Positions 35,101 to 48,016 of a DNA stretch of 64,000 nt are shown here, piece by piece. Numbering within the stretch: position 1 is the stretch's first letter; the number at the start of each line of letters is the position of its first letter. Position numbers and translations under genes: made by a program. The notes below the pieces were generated by a model. That model saw nothing but the letters and a program-made list of their open reading frames with translations. It ran no database searches and had not been told where the DNA came from. Source of the DNA: Peribolospora baueri (lineage: Eukaryota); the NCBI GenBank assembly GCA_029717555.1, contig JAMDHS010000079.1, positions 1 through 64,000 of the forward strand, read 5' to 3'.

Positions 35101-36510
35101 GCGGCGGGGGAATAGCGCAGATTGAGCGGGTGGAGGGTCGCGCCGTTCCTCCTGTCAGCTCGGAGGTCGACACGAGATTGGGAGCGGCTGTTGGAGCAGG
35201 AGCCTGGCCGGGAAGGCTCTGGGGAGGCCCACGGAGAGGGAGTAGAGGGGTTGGAGGAGTGACGAAGGACGGAGCGGTCGGACGAGTGTCGTTGGAAAGG
35301 AGCGCCTTCTGGAGTAGAGGGCGTCGCCGACGCCGGTTGCACCGCGGTCCTCTCGAGGGCGTCGTCGGAGGGTATGGAAAACTCGGAGGCGGCGGCGGAG
35401 ATGACGCGTCCAGAGGCAGGGGTCGCCGGCCTGGAGGTGGACGACCTGGGGGGCAAGGCTCGAGAGGGGTCGTTAAAGTGGTCGTCGGAGCTGTTGGACC
35501 GGTGCAGATCGAGCGAAGCCCCGACCCGCGAACGAGCGGGGCTGGCACCGCGAGAGGTTGGGCGTGACAGAGGACGGCGAGGTTCGTCGGCGAAGCTAGG
35601 TCTCCCCGTCCTCGTCTGGGGTATCATAAACGACGCTCGGGCGCCGAAGAAGCCAGACCGCCTGCGAGAGCCATCGAAACGGTGATCGTCGTCCTGTGAA
35701 GGCGAGTTGTCCACGGACCGTCGAGAGCCCTCGATTCTCTGCCAATCGACATCATCGTCGTAACGGCGATGTCCGGGACCTACGGAGGCGGCGCGGCGGG
35801 CGGCGGCGGCAAAGGTGTCGTCTGCGGCGGCGTTGTAAAGAGTGGCCTTTTCCTTGATGATGAGTGTCTCCTCGTGCGTCTCGACGCGATTCGGGCCGAT
35901 GCCTGCACGGACGGGCGGAGAAGCGAGAGGACAGGACAGGGCGGAGGGAAATGAGCAAGACGAGGGTGGAAGAGAAGAAACGAGCGCGCTCACCTTCAGG
36001 CCAGTCGGTTCGACAAACGCCCTTAAGCTGGACCTCTATCCGCTTGATCCTGCTCGGCTTGGCGAGGTTGAGCGTGCAGAGGGCGCGGAGCTGAGCCGGT
36101 GGGTTGTCGACGTTGACGGGTCTCCTCCGACCTCGGAGATCCTGTGAGTGCAAAATGAGAAGGAAGGGAAAACGAACAGAACTTGACGATCAGCAGTGTC
36201 CGTAAAGCGGGCCCGGGTCGGGGGATCGAATCGAGTGCGCGCTCGCCCACCTCTCCGCTCGCATACTGGCTCCGGAGGAAGACGACGGGCCTGGACGAGT
36301 GGGAGGACGACGAGGGGAGGGGAGGAAAAAAAGAAAGAACAAACAAACAAGTCAGTCCCTCTCTCCAACCATCCATTCGTTCATTCGTCCGTCCGACCGA
36401 TCGACGACGGGGCTGCGAGCCGATCCTATCCGAATCGAATCCCTCTTCCCCTCCCCTATCTATCGCCGGGCAACTCACTCTGTAACGCTAAGCGAGAGGT
36501 GGGGTGCCAT
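32105..36510 (-). CDS. Alpha-arrestin (ART-type Rsp5 adaptor) with large low-complexity insert and PY motifs
   Basis: Starts MAPHLSLSVTE/PVVFLR; arrestin-N IKRIEVQLKGVCRTDWPEG, WREFKKGTYTYPISL and LPPTIHCDFGHVSYTLK; arrestin-C NIAVHHILRVTIRVERGDD; LPSY and PPSY motifs. Confidence 0.9.
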
Positions 36511-37053
36511 CTCTTTGCGGCTTGGAGGAAGGAAACAAAAAAAACGAAGGGATGGAGGAAAGAGGAGGGAGGAAGGGAAGGAGGGAAAGAAGGAAAGAAG
36601 GAGTCAGTCGGCCGGTTTCGATCGGTGCGATCTCGGCTTCACCGAGCCACTCCCTCCCTCACTCACTCCCGTCCGTCCGAGAGAGCGAACGGCGGGGCGG
36701 GGTGGGGTCAGTGGGCAGGAGGACGAGGGCGATGGCGGCGACGATGGCGGTGGCGGTGGTGGTGATCGCGATTGCGAACCGAGAGTCGTCGGCCCCCGTC
36801 CGTCAGTGCGCCAGTCCATCGGTCAATCAATCAATCAATCAATCAGTCGGGAACTTTGGACGGAAAGAGTCAGACGGATCGAACGTGTCGCGCATGAAGA
36901 GAAGAAGAGCTGCTTATTATTATCTTCACTTATCGCTTCCGACTCACCCGACCCCGTTTGTTATCTTGGCCGATCTCGCCGCAGCACGCCCGCGATCACC
37001 CGCTTGCCCACCTTAACCTCCATTCTTCTTCACCCCGTCCACCAACCAACGAT

Positions 37054-38150
37054 CTATCCCAACTGAACCGTGGCCCGGGCGACTCGCTCAGCAGCAGTGC
37101 GCAGGTGTTCCTCCGCGTTAGGATTGCGGAGCCCAAGCGGCACGTCATCGTCGTCCTCGTCGTTCACAGCATCCGGAGAGGCCGTCCCAGCGGAGGAGAA
37201 GCTCATGCTTTGGCCGATGTCCTTAACCCGGTCTGGTCCAGAGGCAGCGTCCTTCTCGCCCACGCTTTGATCTCGGCGGCTTGCTTGCTGGCAATGACCT
37301 GTTGAAGCGGGACCTCGTCATCGTCAAAAGAGTCCCCGGCGGACTTGGCGAGCGGCGAAAGGGGGGGGGGGGGAAACGCCATCGAAGTGCGCGGAGAGTC
37401 CGTGCTTTGGAGCTGCGCAAGAGGCACCTCGTCGTCTGAGCTGTCGTCGCCCTCGGGAAGAGCCAACTTGGGAGGAGGACTATTGGAAACAGCAGCGGTG
37501 GACGCTTCCACTTCTTCGCTTGAGTCGTCGTCCGACTCTGCGTCGCTGTCCTCGCTATCGCCCTCCTCATCACCAGACATGCGGAACCATTGCTCAGCGT
37601 CCTCAGTCTTCGGGCTCTTGCCGTGCGTCTCTTCTTCTTGACCATCGAGTTCGACTTGACTTCGTCTTCCAGCGAGCCCAGGAGGTTCGATTGGTGTTTT
37701 GGAGCGGGCAGGCAACTTCGTCTCTTGCCCTTCGGTCGTCTTCGTTACTATTATCCTCCTTGTCTCCACTAGGCTCAGACTCCGGCTCTACGGGCTTGTC
37801 GAGATCCATGGGCGACTTGAAGGTCCAGGACGGGTAGACCAGACCCTCTTCGTCGAGCTGCGGCTGCCACTTCCTTCTGGGAACTTCTTGAGCTTTTTTG
37901 GCCTTCTTTTTAGACCTTCTTGCTACCTATCATTCATCTGCATCACTCTCTCTTCCTCTTCCAGAGCCTTGGCGTCTGGCGCTCCCTCCCGCGCGAGCTC
38001 TATGGGCCATCTGTTCTAACTCGCGCTTCCATAGCTCGTTCGTCGACGCCGAAGAAAGACGGCCTCCATGCGCGTCGTCCGGGCTATACGTCCGTCGGGG
38101 CGTCGTGAGAACGGATCCCGAAGAGACGAGAGACGACCGAGGCGCCATCC
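37054..38150 (-). pseudogene. Disrupted fragment of an acidic low-complexity protein with repeated DDE/DVPL motifs
   Basis: Coding-like segments (LWKRELEQM..., EQWFRMSGDEE..., DDEVPLAQL, DDDEVPLQQV, DDDDVPLGLR) are spread across frames with stops and frameshifts; I found no splice sites that repair them. Confidence 0.55.
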
Positions 38151-40088
38151 CCCCCAGGCGGCGAGCGGGAAGGGATATAACGTATGTGATCGACCGAGCT
38201 TAAACACTAGATTGAAACTCAACCCATCGAGCATCAAAAAAATAAATTAAATAAATAATTAAATAAATAAATAAAAAAGGAGCGGGGAAGCGCCTATAAA
38301 CTCAAGGACCTTGCCTAGTTCTTTCCTCTCCGTCTGTCTCTGCTCCAACAACATCGATAAAGCTTCTTCCCATACAGCTAGCTGCCCAGCGGGGAACTTG
38401 CTAGGGGGGAAATGAGACGACGTCTTGAAACGCTACGCTCGTCTTCTCATCCTCGTCCCTGGGGCCTAGCTAGGCGTCTGGGACGCGGAGGAGGAGCAGA
38501 AGAGAAGGATGCAAGAGGAGGAGGAGGAGGAGGAGGGAGGGAGAGCTGCTGACCGACCGACCTATTCGACGTCGGACTCGCCTCGCTTCGCGTTTTTTCG
38601 TCGTGGCAGGCGCATCTGAACAATTCCGCACCACCGACCTAACCGACGGAGCTTGAAAGGCAAAGAAAGGGAAGAACAGAATGACTGGGAGTGGGCACAT
38701 CATCTATCACTATCTTACACGACGACTTTTGGCAACGCGACAAGGGGGTGAGGGGGGGGAGGGGAGGGAAAGAGAGCAAAGTCGCGGGACGCTGGTTGGA
38801 CGTGACGTGTGAGAGAGAGGGACAGAAAAGACGAAGACAAAAACATGATAGGAGCTGCTGGCCTATATAGAGCCCATGGCCACGACCTGTGCATAGGGAT
38901 GGAATGGGCGGTGGGCTGAGCGGTTGAAAAAAAAGACAAAAAGGAAGAATGGGGGATAGATAGCTAGCTAGGTCTGATGGGTGTGGGCGGGTGGGTGGGG
39001 CAAGACGATCATGACGTACAACCGACGAACAGACAAAAGAGGAATAGAAAAGGGGAAGGAAAGGGGCGGCCGACGAAAAAGCGAAAGAGGCGGAAGAAAA
39101 GGTTTGACGACGACGAGGCGGATAGTTGGAGAAGGAGGCAGGCCTGTTGGTAGGCAACTCGTACGGACGGAACTGACGGGATCGGTATGTGGGCACGTGC
39201 CCTCTGCTGGGAGGGCCGAAAAGCCAAGCAGGACTAGACGAAGAGGAGAGAAGCGAAGAGGGGAACAAGACAGGCACAGAGGAAGAGAGAGAGAGAGCGC
39301 GCGTGACGAGGATACGTAAAGAGAAAGGGGAAGACGGGCGAGGCCTCTCTAGCTAGACCAAACTGCGATATTGCGGTTGTTGGGAATGGCAATGCGAGAA
39401 CGTGAAATCGGGGCGGTCGGACAAGCGGGACAGACATGAAGCACGGCGGAAGAAGGAAGGAAGGGCGGAAAGAGAAGAAGAATCGGGCGCCGTCTGTGTG
39501 ACGCAAGCAAGAGGAGGCGCTTGGCGATCCGAGGGTGGGCCCGAAGCTGACCGGCGACGTGGGACGATGAACGGATGGAGGAATAGGCGGTGCTTCGGTC
39601 GGCGTCCATGTCGAGGTCCGACCGTCATGCCGTCACGCCGTGTGAGCGTGGGGACCTGCCTACGTAGGCGCCACGAAATCCGGGATCGAATGGTCACACC
39701 CCGGAGCCCGAGCCCAAGTCACAGCCGGACGAGATGGGGGCGAGAACGGAACGAAAAGCTGTCGTTGCCGCGTCGCGTCGTGTCGCATCGCACAGATCGC
39801 ATCCCATCCCTTCGTAACCCCTCCTCTTCCCCTTCCGCTTCCCTTGCCGTTTGCTTGCCATCCCTCTCCATCTCTTCGAGCGCACAGAGCTCGTCAGCCG
39901 ACCCCGAGCCATTCGTTTTCCATCCTTCCTCGACGACGACCCCCAACCCCGGCCCGTCATCTACGGGGAGCGCCGGGCAAGTCAAAGTTGAGACGAGACG
40001 AGCCCCCCATCCTTCGATCTAACCTTCCTCGGTTCTCCATCTCAGATTGGACCACAGTCGCACACAAAAAACGTATCGCCGGCACCGC

Positions 40089-43000
40089 TCAGTACATCTG
40101 AGACGCCATGCCCAACCTGCCAACGGAAGCCAAAGCAGACGCGGAAGCGCCCGCGTTGGCGTTGGTGGTGGCGGAGACGGGGGGCAGCCAGGAGCACCAG
40201 ATGCGTGTCTTGTAGGTACGGAAGAGCTCGCGGACGAGCTCGCGGAAATCGATGCGCACCTCGGAGCGGAAGTAGATGGTCAGCTTGCGGCGATCCCTGG
40301 TCGGGTGAGAAAGAACGAACGTTGTTCAAGCCGCGCTGCCCAGCGTCGAAAAAAAAAGACCTCGCCATCGCCCGTCGACTCACCATTGATACTCCACGTC
40401 GACAACCTCCATGGGCAGCCTTTTCTGTTTGACCTTGGTCTGAATGAGCTGCAAGGCTCTCTCCTCGTCCTGTGCCTTGCTCAGCAACAAGCTCGTGTCT
40501 GCCTGAGTCGCCCGGGCGTAGATGCGCTTCGGGTTCATGTTCTTGTGCAGCCCTCCCGGTCGGCCGCCCGGACCACCGAGCCCACTTGCGCCGTCGCCCA
40601 TCCCACCGCCCTGGCCATGTCCCGCCGCGGCGCTAGTCCAGAGTGCCACCTCGGCCTCGTGTGCCTGAAAGGCCTGCACTTCTTCGATGGTGATGCTGTC
40701 GTTGATGACCGTGCCCAGGTCCTTGCCGCGATCCGCCTCGACAATCACGAGGTCGCCCGTGCGGATCTCGACATCCTCTCCGCCGCCGCCGCCGCCGGCG
40801 GAGGAGCCATTGGCGAAGTAGTAGAACAGATCCACCCTGCCGGCCTTGAACTGGACAATGAACAGCGGGCAGTCCGGCGGCACGGCGTGCAGTGGGATAC
40901 CTTTGCCGAGGTCGGACAGCGCGGGTGGGGCGTCCAGCGCGCCGGCGCCGGCGCCGACGGAAGGAGTGCATTGATGTCCGAACGAGGCTCCGGGACCGAA
41001 CGCGCTGGACGGCGAGGGTGAGGGCCGATGAGGTGGCGGCATGCCTACGCTCTGCAGCTGGAGCATGTGCTGTTGCTGCTGCTGATGCTGTTGCTGTTGC
41101 TGGGAGAGCACGCCGCCAGGTTTCTGGGCCATTCCTCCCATCGCAGGTTGACCAAATCCGCGCTGGACCTGAGCGGCAGCGGCGGCGGGGCCGGCGCCGA
41201 GGCCGACGGCATACGCGGTTCCTCCTCCGGAGGAGGACGAGCGAACGTGACCGACGTTGGAGGACGAACGAGGAGGAAGACCGCCAACGCTCGGAAAGCC
41301 AGCGTGCTCGAAAGCGTGCCTCTGGGAGGAGGCGCCCATTCCCACATCCGGCGGGCCGGTGGGGAAGAAGCTCGTGCTCGAGGGCGGAGGGAGACCGACG
41401 GGTGGGGGGAGGCGCTGAGGAGCAAAGGACTGGAGAGGCGAGGAGGGGACGTCGTAAGACTGGCCTCCTCTCACCGGATCGAGGGCGTGTCGACTCGCGC
41501 CGGAGGTCAGACCTACGCTGGCGGGATAGGACTCGGAGCGACTGCGACCAGGGCCCAAGACGGACTGAGAACCGATGACGCCGACACCCTGGCCGGGAGG
41601 GTGGTGGACCTGACTGATAGCGGGGGCGGAGGTGTCAAAGGTGGTTGTGGTGGGCGAGAGGAGCTGTCTTCCTTGAGGACTTTGTTCGCGCTCGCCGCCG
41701 TCGCCAAGCCTGCCGCTGCCGACAGCGAGGCCGGATGCACTGACGCCGACGGCGCCGGAAGCGCCGGCGAAGGACTGAGCGCGGCTCTTGGGCCTGGGCA
41801 TCCAATAGCTCGATGGGGACACGGGGGGTGAAGGCGGGGGTGGGCTTGAGGGTTCTCCGAACCTAGCGCGGAGCTGGTGGAGATGACTGGCGGTGCGCGA
41901 GTAAAGCGCGCCGGGGCCTCCGTACTCGTCGGCGCCATAGTCCCTGAGGGCGGAGCTGCCGTGAATAGGCATCGAGGCCGGGTGGGCACCGCTGGCGGCC
42001 GTCGTGGGCACGCGCAGGACGGGCTCTACGCGCTCGCCACGACCGCGCTCCTCTTCGGCGTCACCAGCCAGGTCGTCCTGAGCGAGATCGAAGCGGAGCG
42101 AGCTAAAATCGCTGGCCAGGTCGTCGTCCGAGATGGCCAAGCCGCCGGTCGTCCTACTACCGCCACTATCGAAGAAGCCTCCAACACTGGTGCGAGGCGG
42201 AGGCTGTCCGAGGCTTCCGCTAAAGTAGCCGCCTGGGGCGCCGCCGCCGCCGGGGAGGGAGAATCCAACGGCCTTTTTGGCGCCATGAGCGATGGGCGGA
42301 GCAGCGATGGAGTGACGCCTACTCTCCGGGTTCACTTCGAAAAATGAGCCGGAGCCGAATCCGGTTTGGAAATCTTCGAAACCGCTGAAGCCGACGGCGG
42401 TGTGGGAGCGGTCCGTCGAGCTATCGCGCCGGGGAAGCTCGCCGGCGCCGGCGGTGGTGGTGGCGGCGGCGGCAGAGGAAAGGGCCATGAGACGGTTGAA
42501 GCGAGGAGAGGAACCGGTGTCGCTGCTGCCGAGGCTGGCGGGGTTGAGGCCGGGAGCTCCAAAGGCCCTGGAGCCGGCTTCTGCGCCACTACCACCACCG
42601 CCGCCGTACAACTGCTGCTGTTGGGCCTGCTGCTCGGCGAGCAGATCGGCGTCGGTCATGGGAGACGTTGGATCGGCGTGGCCAGGCTTGGGCCACAGGG
42701 ACAGGTTGGCGAGCCTGTCGGGGCTAAGCAAGCCGCCGTAGCGGCTCAGGCTGGGCTCCCGTCCGGCGCGAGGGGCGGCGGAGGAGTGAGGGTATAAGGA
42801 AGAGCTGCGGACGGTGCGGACGGGGCTGCTGCTCGTAGGCGGGCTCTCGACGGAAGGGCTTTTGAGACCGCCGCCGCCGCCGCCGCCGAAGGATAAGGGC
42901 GAGTCCCAGACGCCTGTGGCGCTGGTGCTGTAGTAAGAGGGGGAGCTGGGACCGACGGCGGAGGAGGAGGCGGAAGAGCTGGTGTCGGAGCGTTGGTGGA

Positions 43001-43472
43001 GATGGAGGGCGAGGACAGCGGCGGAAGATTGGGAGCGATGGCGTGCGGCGCTGGGTGAACTGGAGGGGCTTGCGGTAAGCGGAGCGGGCGAGCGTGCAGG
43101 CCGAGGCGACGAGCCAGTCGATGCCTTGTCGCGGGTCAGGTTGGAGGGAGAAGGCGCGGTGAAGGGTGCGACGGCGGTGTCATTGTGATTGCCATTGCCG
43201 TTGCCGTTGTTGTTGCCATTGCCGTTGGCGCTGGCGCTGGCGTTGGCCTCGCGGTTATTGTTGTTGTCCTCGTCGTCGGCGCCGAGTCGCGCATGAGAGT
43301 CGGTCGCATGGACGGCGGACGGTCGGCGGAGGGAACGGTCGGTGGGGCGCCCTCTAGGCTGGTCGGCGTGGACGGTGGTGAGGTGTGTGGCGTGGACGGA
43401 GGGAGGAGGCCACTCTGCCTCTCCCTCGGCGTGTTCATGCATGGTGGGCAGCCCGGCGGAGGAGCGGTCCAT
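40089..43472 (-). CDS. PSP1 C-terminal domain protein with long disordered N-terminus
   Basis: 1030-aa ORF plus intron 40297-40383. Motifs LFIVQFKAGRVDLFY, GDLVIVEADRGKDLG and LPMEVVDVEYQW/DRRKLTIYF...RIDFRELVRELFRTYKTRIW. Confidence 0.92.
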
Positions 43473-43689
43473 GTCGATGGATGGTGGGCAGGGTGCGTTG
43501 CTTGAGTTGAGGAGGAGGAACGAGGCGGGTGTGAGGGACGTCTCGTGGGCGGTGGAACAAAGGCAAGAGGGCGGGGTGAAGAGACGAAAGCGGGCCGGGG
43601 ACGGCGACCGGGGAGGGGGTATCTAGGTCTAGGGGTGCGGTTGCTGTGCGGGAATGCGGTACGAGACGAAGGGATGGAGAGAAAAGAAA

Positions 43690-43731
43690 GGGGAAAGGGA
43701 AAGGGAAAGGGAAAGGGAAAGGGAAAGGGAA
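43690..43731. repeat. (GGGAAA)n microsatellite in the long upstream region of the PSP1-domain gene
   Basis: About 6-7 tandem GGGAAA units. Confidence 0.9.
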
Positions 43732-45741
43732 AAAGAGGAAATGGGTGGGATCGGATGGGATGGAGGGAGGAAGGAAAGAAGCGATGCGGGTTGGCGGTGG
43801 CGAGCGGAGGGGAAGGCGACGGCGACGATGGATGGCGGGGCTGGGAATGAATAGAGGGTGAGAAAAGCGGGGAAAGGGTGCGGTGAGGTGATGGACTGGG
43901 GAGGAGGAGGTTGGAGGAAGGAAGGATGGATGGCAGAGGGAGATGGGATGATGGAAAGAAGGATGGATGGACGGGCGAGCGAGCGAGTCGAGGGAGACAG
44001 AGAAGTGGGACGGATGGATGGATCGGATTGGTCGGACGACGACGACGACGACAGCCAAAGCCAGCTCAGCTGACCCTTCGCAGCTATTTCTTGCTCTGCT
44101 CGGCGTTGCTCAGCTTTGTTTTTTCGCTGCTCTTCGCTGCGCTGCTCGGCGCTGCTCGGCTTGACTTGTCTCGGCTCGGCCCTCTTCCCTTCCCGAACCC
44201 CGTACGTCGACGTCTGTCTGTCGGTGGTGCGGGTTGTGATGTGGTGTGGTGGGCACGAAACGTAACGTAACGTATATGCACGCGCTCGCGTGAGCGCACG
44301 ACGACCACTCGCTCCGCGGCGGGGCGCGACGCGGCGCCTTTTGGTTCCTCCGACGGACCGACGACGCGACGGCCGGCGCCTTGGAAGGAAGGAAGGGTGG
44401 CGACACGGGCGCGTCGCTAGTGCGAACGGGACGACGGCAAACAGGCCAGGGGTGGATAGAGCGCGGGAGGACGAGGAGCCGGTGTGGAGGAGAGGAGTTG
44501 GAGTGGCGCGTGAGTGAGACGACGGAGGGGATATAAGAATAAGGAAAAGAAAAGACAGACAGGAACCGACGCCGGAGGCGAATGACTTTTCCTCTTTTTT
44601 CTTGTTTTCCTCCGTCCAACGACACCAGACGGACGACACGCACGCACGCAGACGTAATGTAATCGAATATACATGTGGCGGGACAAAGGGAGGAAGGAGG
44701 CGAGGAGGACGAGCTAGTAGTCCTGTACTCTACTCAGTCACGCTCTCCCGTCCCATCCACGACGACGACACGACGACGATGACGACGATCGATCGGCCGC
44801 GATCCAAATAGTCAGTAGTCACCCCTCGTCGCCTCGTCAAGGAAGCGGCTGCCGACCGAGGGTGCGACGCAGACGCAGACGCAGACGAAGAGATCGCAAA
44901 CCGTTCGTTGGTGGGTACGCAAGTCAAGCACCACAACGACTCAGTCAGATCAGCCTAGCCCCTGTACTATATATGCTTATGCCGCGTGCTGTCTCTGTGT
45001 GTGTGTGTGGACCCCCGCTGGTGCCCTTTTCGTGCGGGGCACCGAAACCTTGCACCACGTGGTCCCCTCCTTCCTCCAGACTGGCGGAGTTAGTCGGTCC
45101 AAGCCGCGTCATCATGCCGTGCGCGCGACACGAGTCCAACGCACGGGCCACATCGAGCCGCGGGACGACGGGTCCGGCCCTGGTTCGTCCCTGTCCGACC
45201 GATCGGCCGGTAGGCTTGCTTCGTCGCACATCACTCGTCCGTCCGTCCGTCCGTCGTCCGACTCCCTGCGGCGCAAAGCAGACATTCGCGGAGCGAAAAC
45301 GAAGCTTTCTTTTTTGTTGTTCATCTCCTCCTTACTCTCCTACCCTCCTCGCCCAGCCCAGCCCAGCGCGCGCGTTCGTTTCGACAGATCTACCGGGGCC
45401 CCGGTGCAGACAGAGCTAGCCGGCGAGCCAAGCCGCGCGCACGATCGGAGCCCGAGCGACGAGGGGGCGAGGCGATCGGGAGGACGTGCGGTCGTAGCCT
45501 CGTCCTCGCTCCGAGGCGGAGGAGAGACGCGGAGGAGAACGAGGGGAAAAAAAGGAGGGCGAACATGGCGTCGAAGAGAAAAAAAAACTCGATCGAATTA
45601 AAGATAGAGGTTGGATGGGAGGAGTACAAGAACACGTCGAAGAGGATCGTCCATTCATCCGTCGCCTCGTCCGTCGCAGTCCATGAAACAGGTCGACAAG
45701 GGAAGGAGAAGGAGAAGAAATAAGAAAAAAAATGGCGTGCG

Positions 45742-48016
45742 TCATGGTGGTGATGGTGGTGGTGGTGGTGGTGGCGGTGATGCTGATGATAATGGTACTG
45801 GTAATGCTAATGGTAATGATGACGGTGATGATGGCGGCGCTCCTCGGGAGCTCTTGGCGACGCTCCCGCTCCCACTTCCCTCGTTCAGTCCTGAAACAGA
45901 CACACCCGATCCCGATCCTGATCCCGACCCTGATCCCGACCCTGACCCCGACCCCTCTTCCACCCCTTTCCCCTTCCCATCCCCATCCTCCAGGGCCCCC
46001 CCCGCGAAAGAACGACTCGCTTTCCTCGCCGTCTCTTCCACCTCCAGCCCCGGTGACGTTCCCCGCGTCGGCGCATGCGTCTGGGACGACGACGACGGCG
46101 GACGATGAAAAGCGCTCAGGATCGGGCTTCCGTCGGTGGTAAAGCCGGCGTCGCTGGCGCTGGGAGCGCGCGAGTGGCCCGCGCTCCCGTCCCCGTTCCC
46201 GTTGTGGGCCGCGGTCCCCTCGGGTGACGACCAACCGGCGAGCTTGTGCCCCGACGTCGTCCGACCGCGTCCCATCTGCGCGAGCGGCGAGTGGGCCAAG
46301 AGCTCTGGAGCTATCGGCGGCGTGGACAAGTTGGAAGAAGTCGGCGGCGTGGACAGGTTGGAAGAAGATGGCCGCTTTTCATCTCGGGGACGGTGGCGGA
46401 GGGAGGAGGAGTGGGGCGCCGAGGCGGACGAGGCGCCACTGCCTGTTCGACTCATCGACCTGCTCGTTGCCTCCCCGCTGGCCCTGCTGCCCCCGCTCCA
46501 GCTGCCCCCGCTGCCATTCGTCGACGCTCTCCTGCTCCAGTCCAAGTTCCGGCGGTTGCCGTCGCTCCCGCCGCCCCCGTTGTCGGAAGGTCCGGCGCGG
46601 TTGGCCGAGGAGGCCATGAGGTGCTGGTGCGCGGCGAGCATGGCCGGGTGCATCGGCTGAGGTCCCTGCTGGAGGTAGCGTTCCCGCCAGCTGTCATCGT
46701 TGGCCATCCAGCTCGTCGTCCTGCCCGTGCCCGTGCCCGTGCCCGTGCCTCCGGGCGACGCCGACGAGGAGAGGTTCGGTTCCGTGTTCGACCACATCAT
46801 TCCGTTCGCCGACACGTCCGTCCACGCTTCTCCCGACCCGATGCCGGATGAAGAGCTGAAGGCGAGCGTTCGCTGCGACGACGGAAGGAAAAGAATAAAT
46901 AACAAAAAAAAAAAAAGAAGCAAAGAAGCAAAGACGTCAGAGGGGCCAACAAAATGAGCATGGCATACACGCGCGACTCACCTGGTCGGTAGCGGTAGCG
47001 TATCCGCCCGGCTTGACGCCGAGCGGCTGAGGCGGGACGATGGCGAACGGCGTAGGGTTGAGCCTGCTATGAGGCAAGAACGAGCCGCTGAGAGGCCGAT
47101 GGGGTTGGACGCCGTCGCGCACCCCGTAGATGGTCGTTGCGTAGAGGCTCCTTCGCTGCGGCAAGCCGAACGGCCCGGCTCCCCCGGCGCCGGGTCGGTG
47201 GTGAGACGGCGTGGGGAGGGAAGCGGCGATGCTGGGCGAGGCGGGAAGGGACGAGGTGCCAGCGCTGCCACCACTGCCGGCGCTGTTGTTGGCGTGCTGC
47301 ATGCCGAGACAATCGCCAGGGGCGGGGGCGGAGAACCTGTTGGGGGCGGCGCGAGAATGGGATGGGGGCGGTGCGAGGAGGGCGCCGTTGGAGGTGACGG
47401 AGGCGTCGGAGAGGTTACGATCGCGTTCAAAGTCTTGGGCGCTCAAGGGGGAGGGGCCAAGGGGAGGGAATTGTGGGGTATCGAGGGCGGAGGCCAAACC
47501 GTTGGCATCGTCGTCGTGCGCGGGGAAGCTGGTCTGGGAGGCGGTAGGGCCGGGTGCATGGCCGATGCTGGTACCGTCGCCGTTGCGAGGAGCAAAGGAC
47601 GAAGCGGAGCGTCGACGGTCGTGGTCAGCCTGGTCAGCGGGGAATGTGGAAAGGAGAACGCTCTGGTGGGGGCTAATGCTTTGCATGCTCTTTCCGCCGT
47701 ACATGGAGGAACCGTAGCCCAAGGTACTGTCCCTGAGGTGGTTCCTGTCGGACGGCGAGGTGACAAAGTAGCCGTTTTTGCTAGGGCTGCGGCTGGTCGT
47801 TCCAAAGAATGTCGGCGGTGACTCGCGAGCGACGGGCAGGGGATCGGGTCGGTGGAGCCAGTTGTAGGCTCTGCGGTAGAATTTGTAGGCGAGGACGAGG
47901 AGGACGAGGCCGCCGAGGATGGCGCCCACGGCGATGCCGGCCGTGGCGGACGTCATGGGCGCCGTGTCCTGGGTATTGGGGTTGACGCGGCGCTGGAGAG
48001 GCCGCGGTGCGGTCAT
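45742..48016 (-). CDS. Hypothetical single-pass membrane protein with disordered cytoplasmic tail
   Basis: Transmembrane segment GIAVGAILGGLVLLVLAY followed by KFYRR; phase-0 intron 46873-46981 joins ...IVPPQPLG...ATDQ to RTLAFSSSSGIG. Confidence 0.75.

Noticed and set aside
38300..40050. Many 70-210 aa ORFs in purine/pyrimidine-skewed intergenic DNA (also 43.5-45.7 kb and 48.0-50.0 kb)
   Set aside because: Low-complexity, microsatellite-rich UTR or promoter sequence with no consistent splice structure or protein-like composition.
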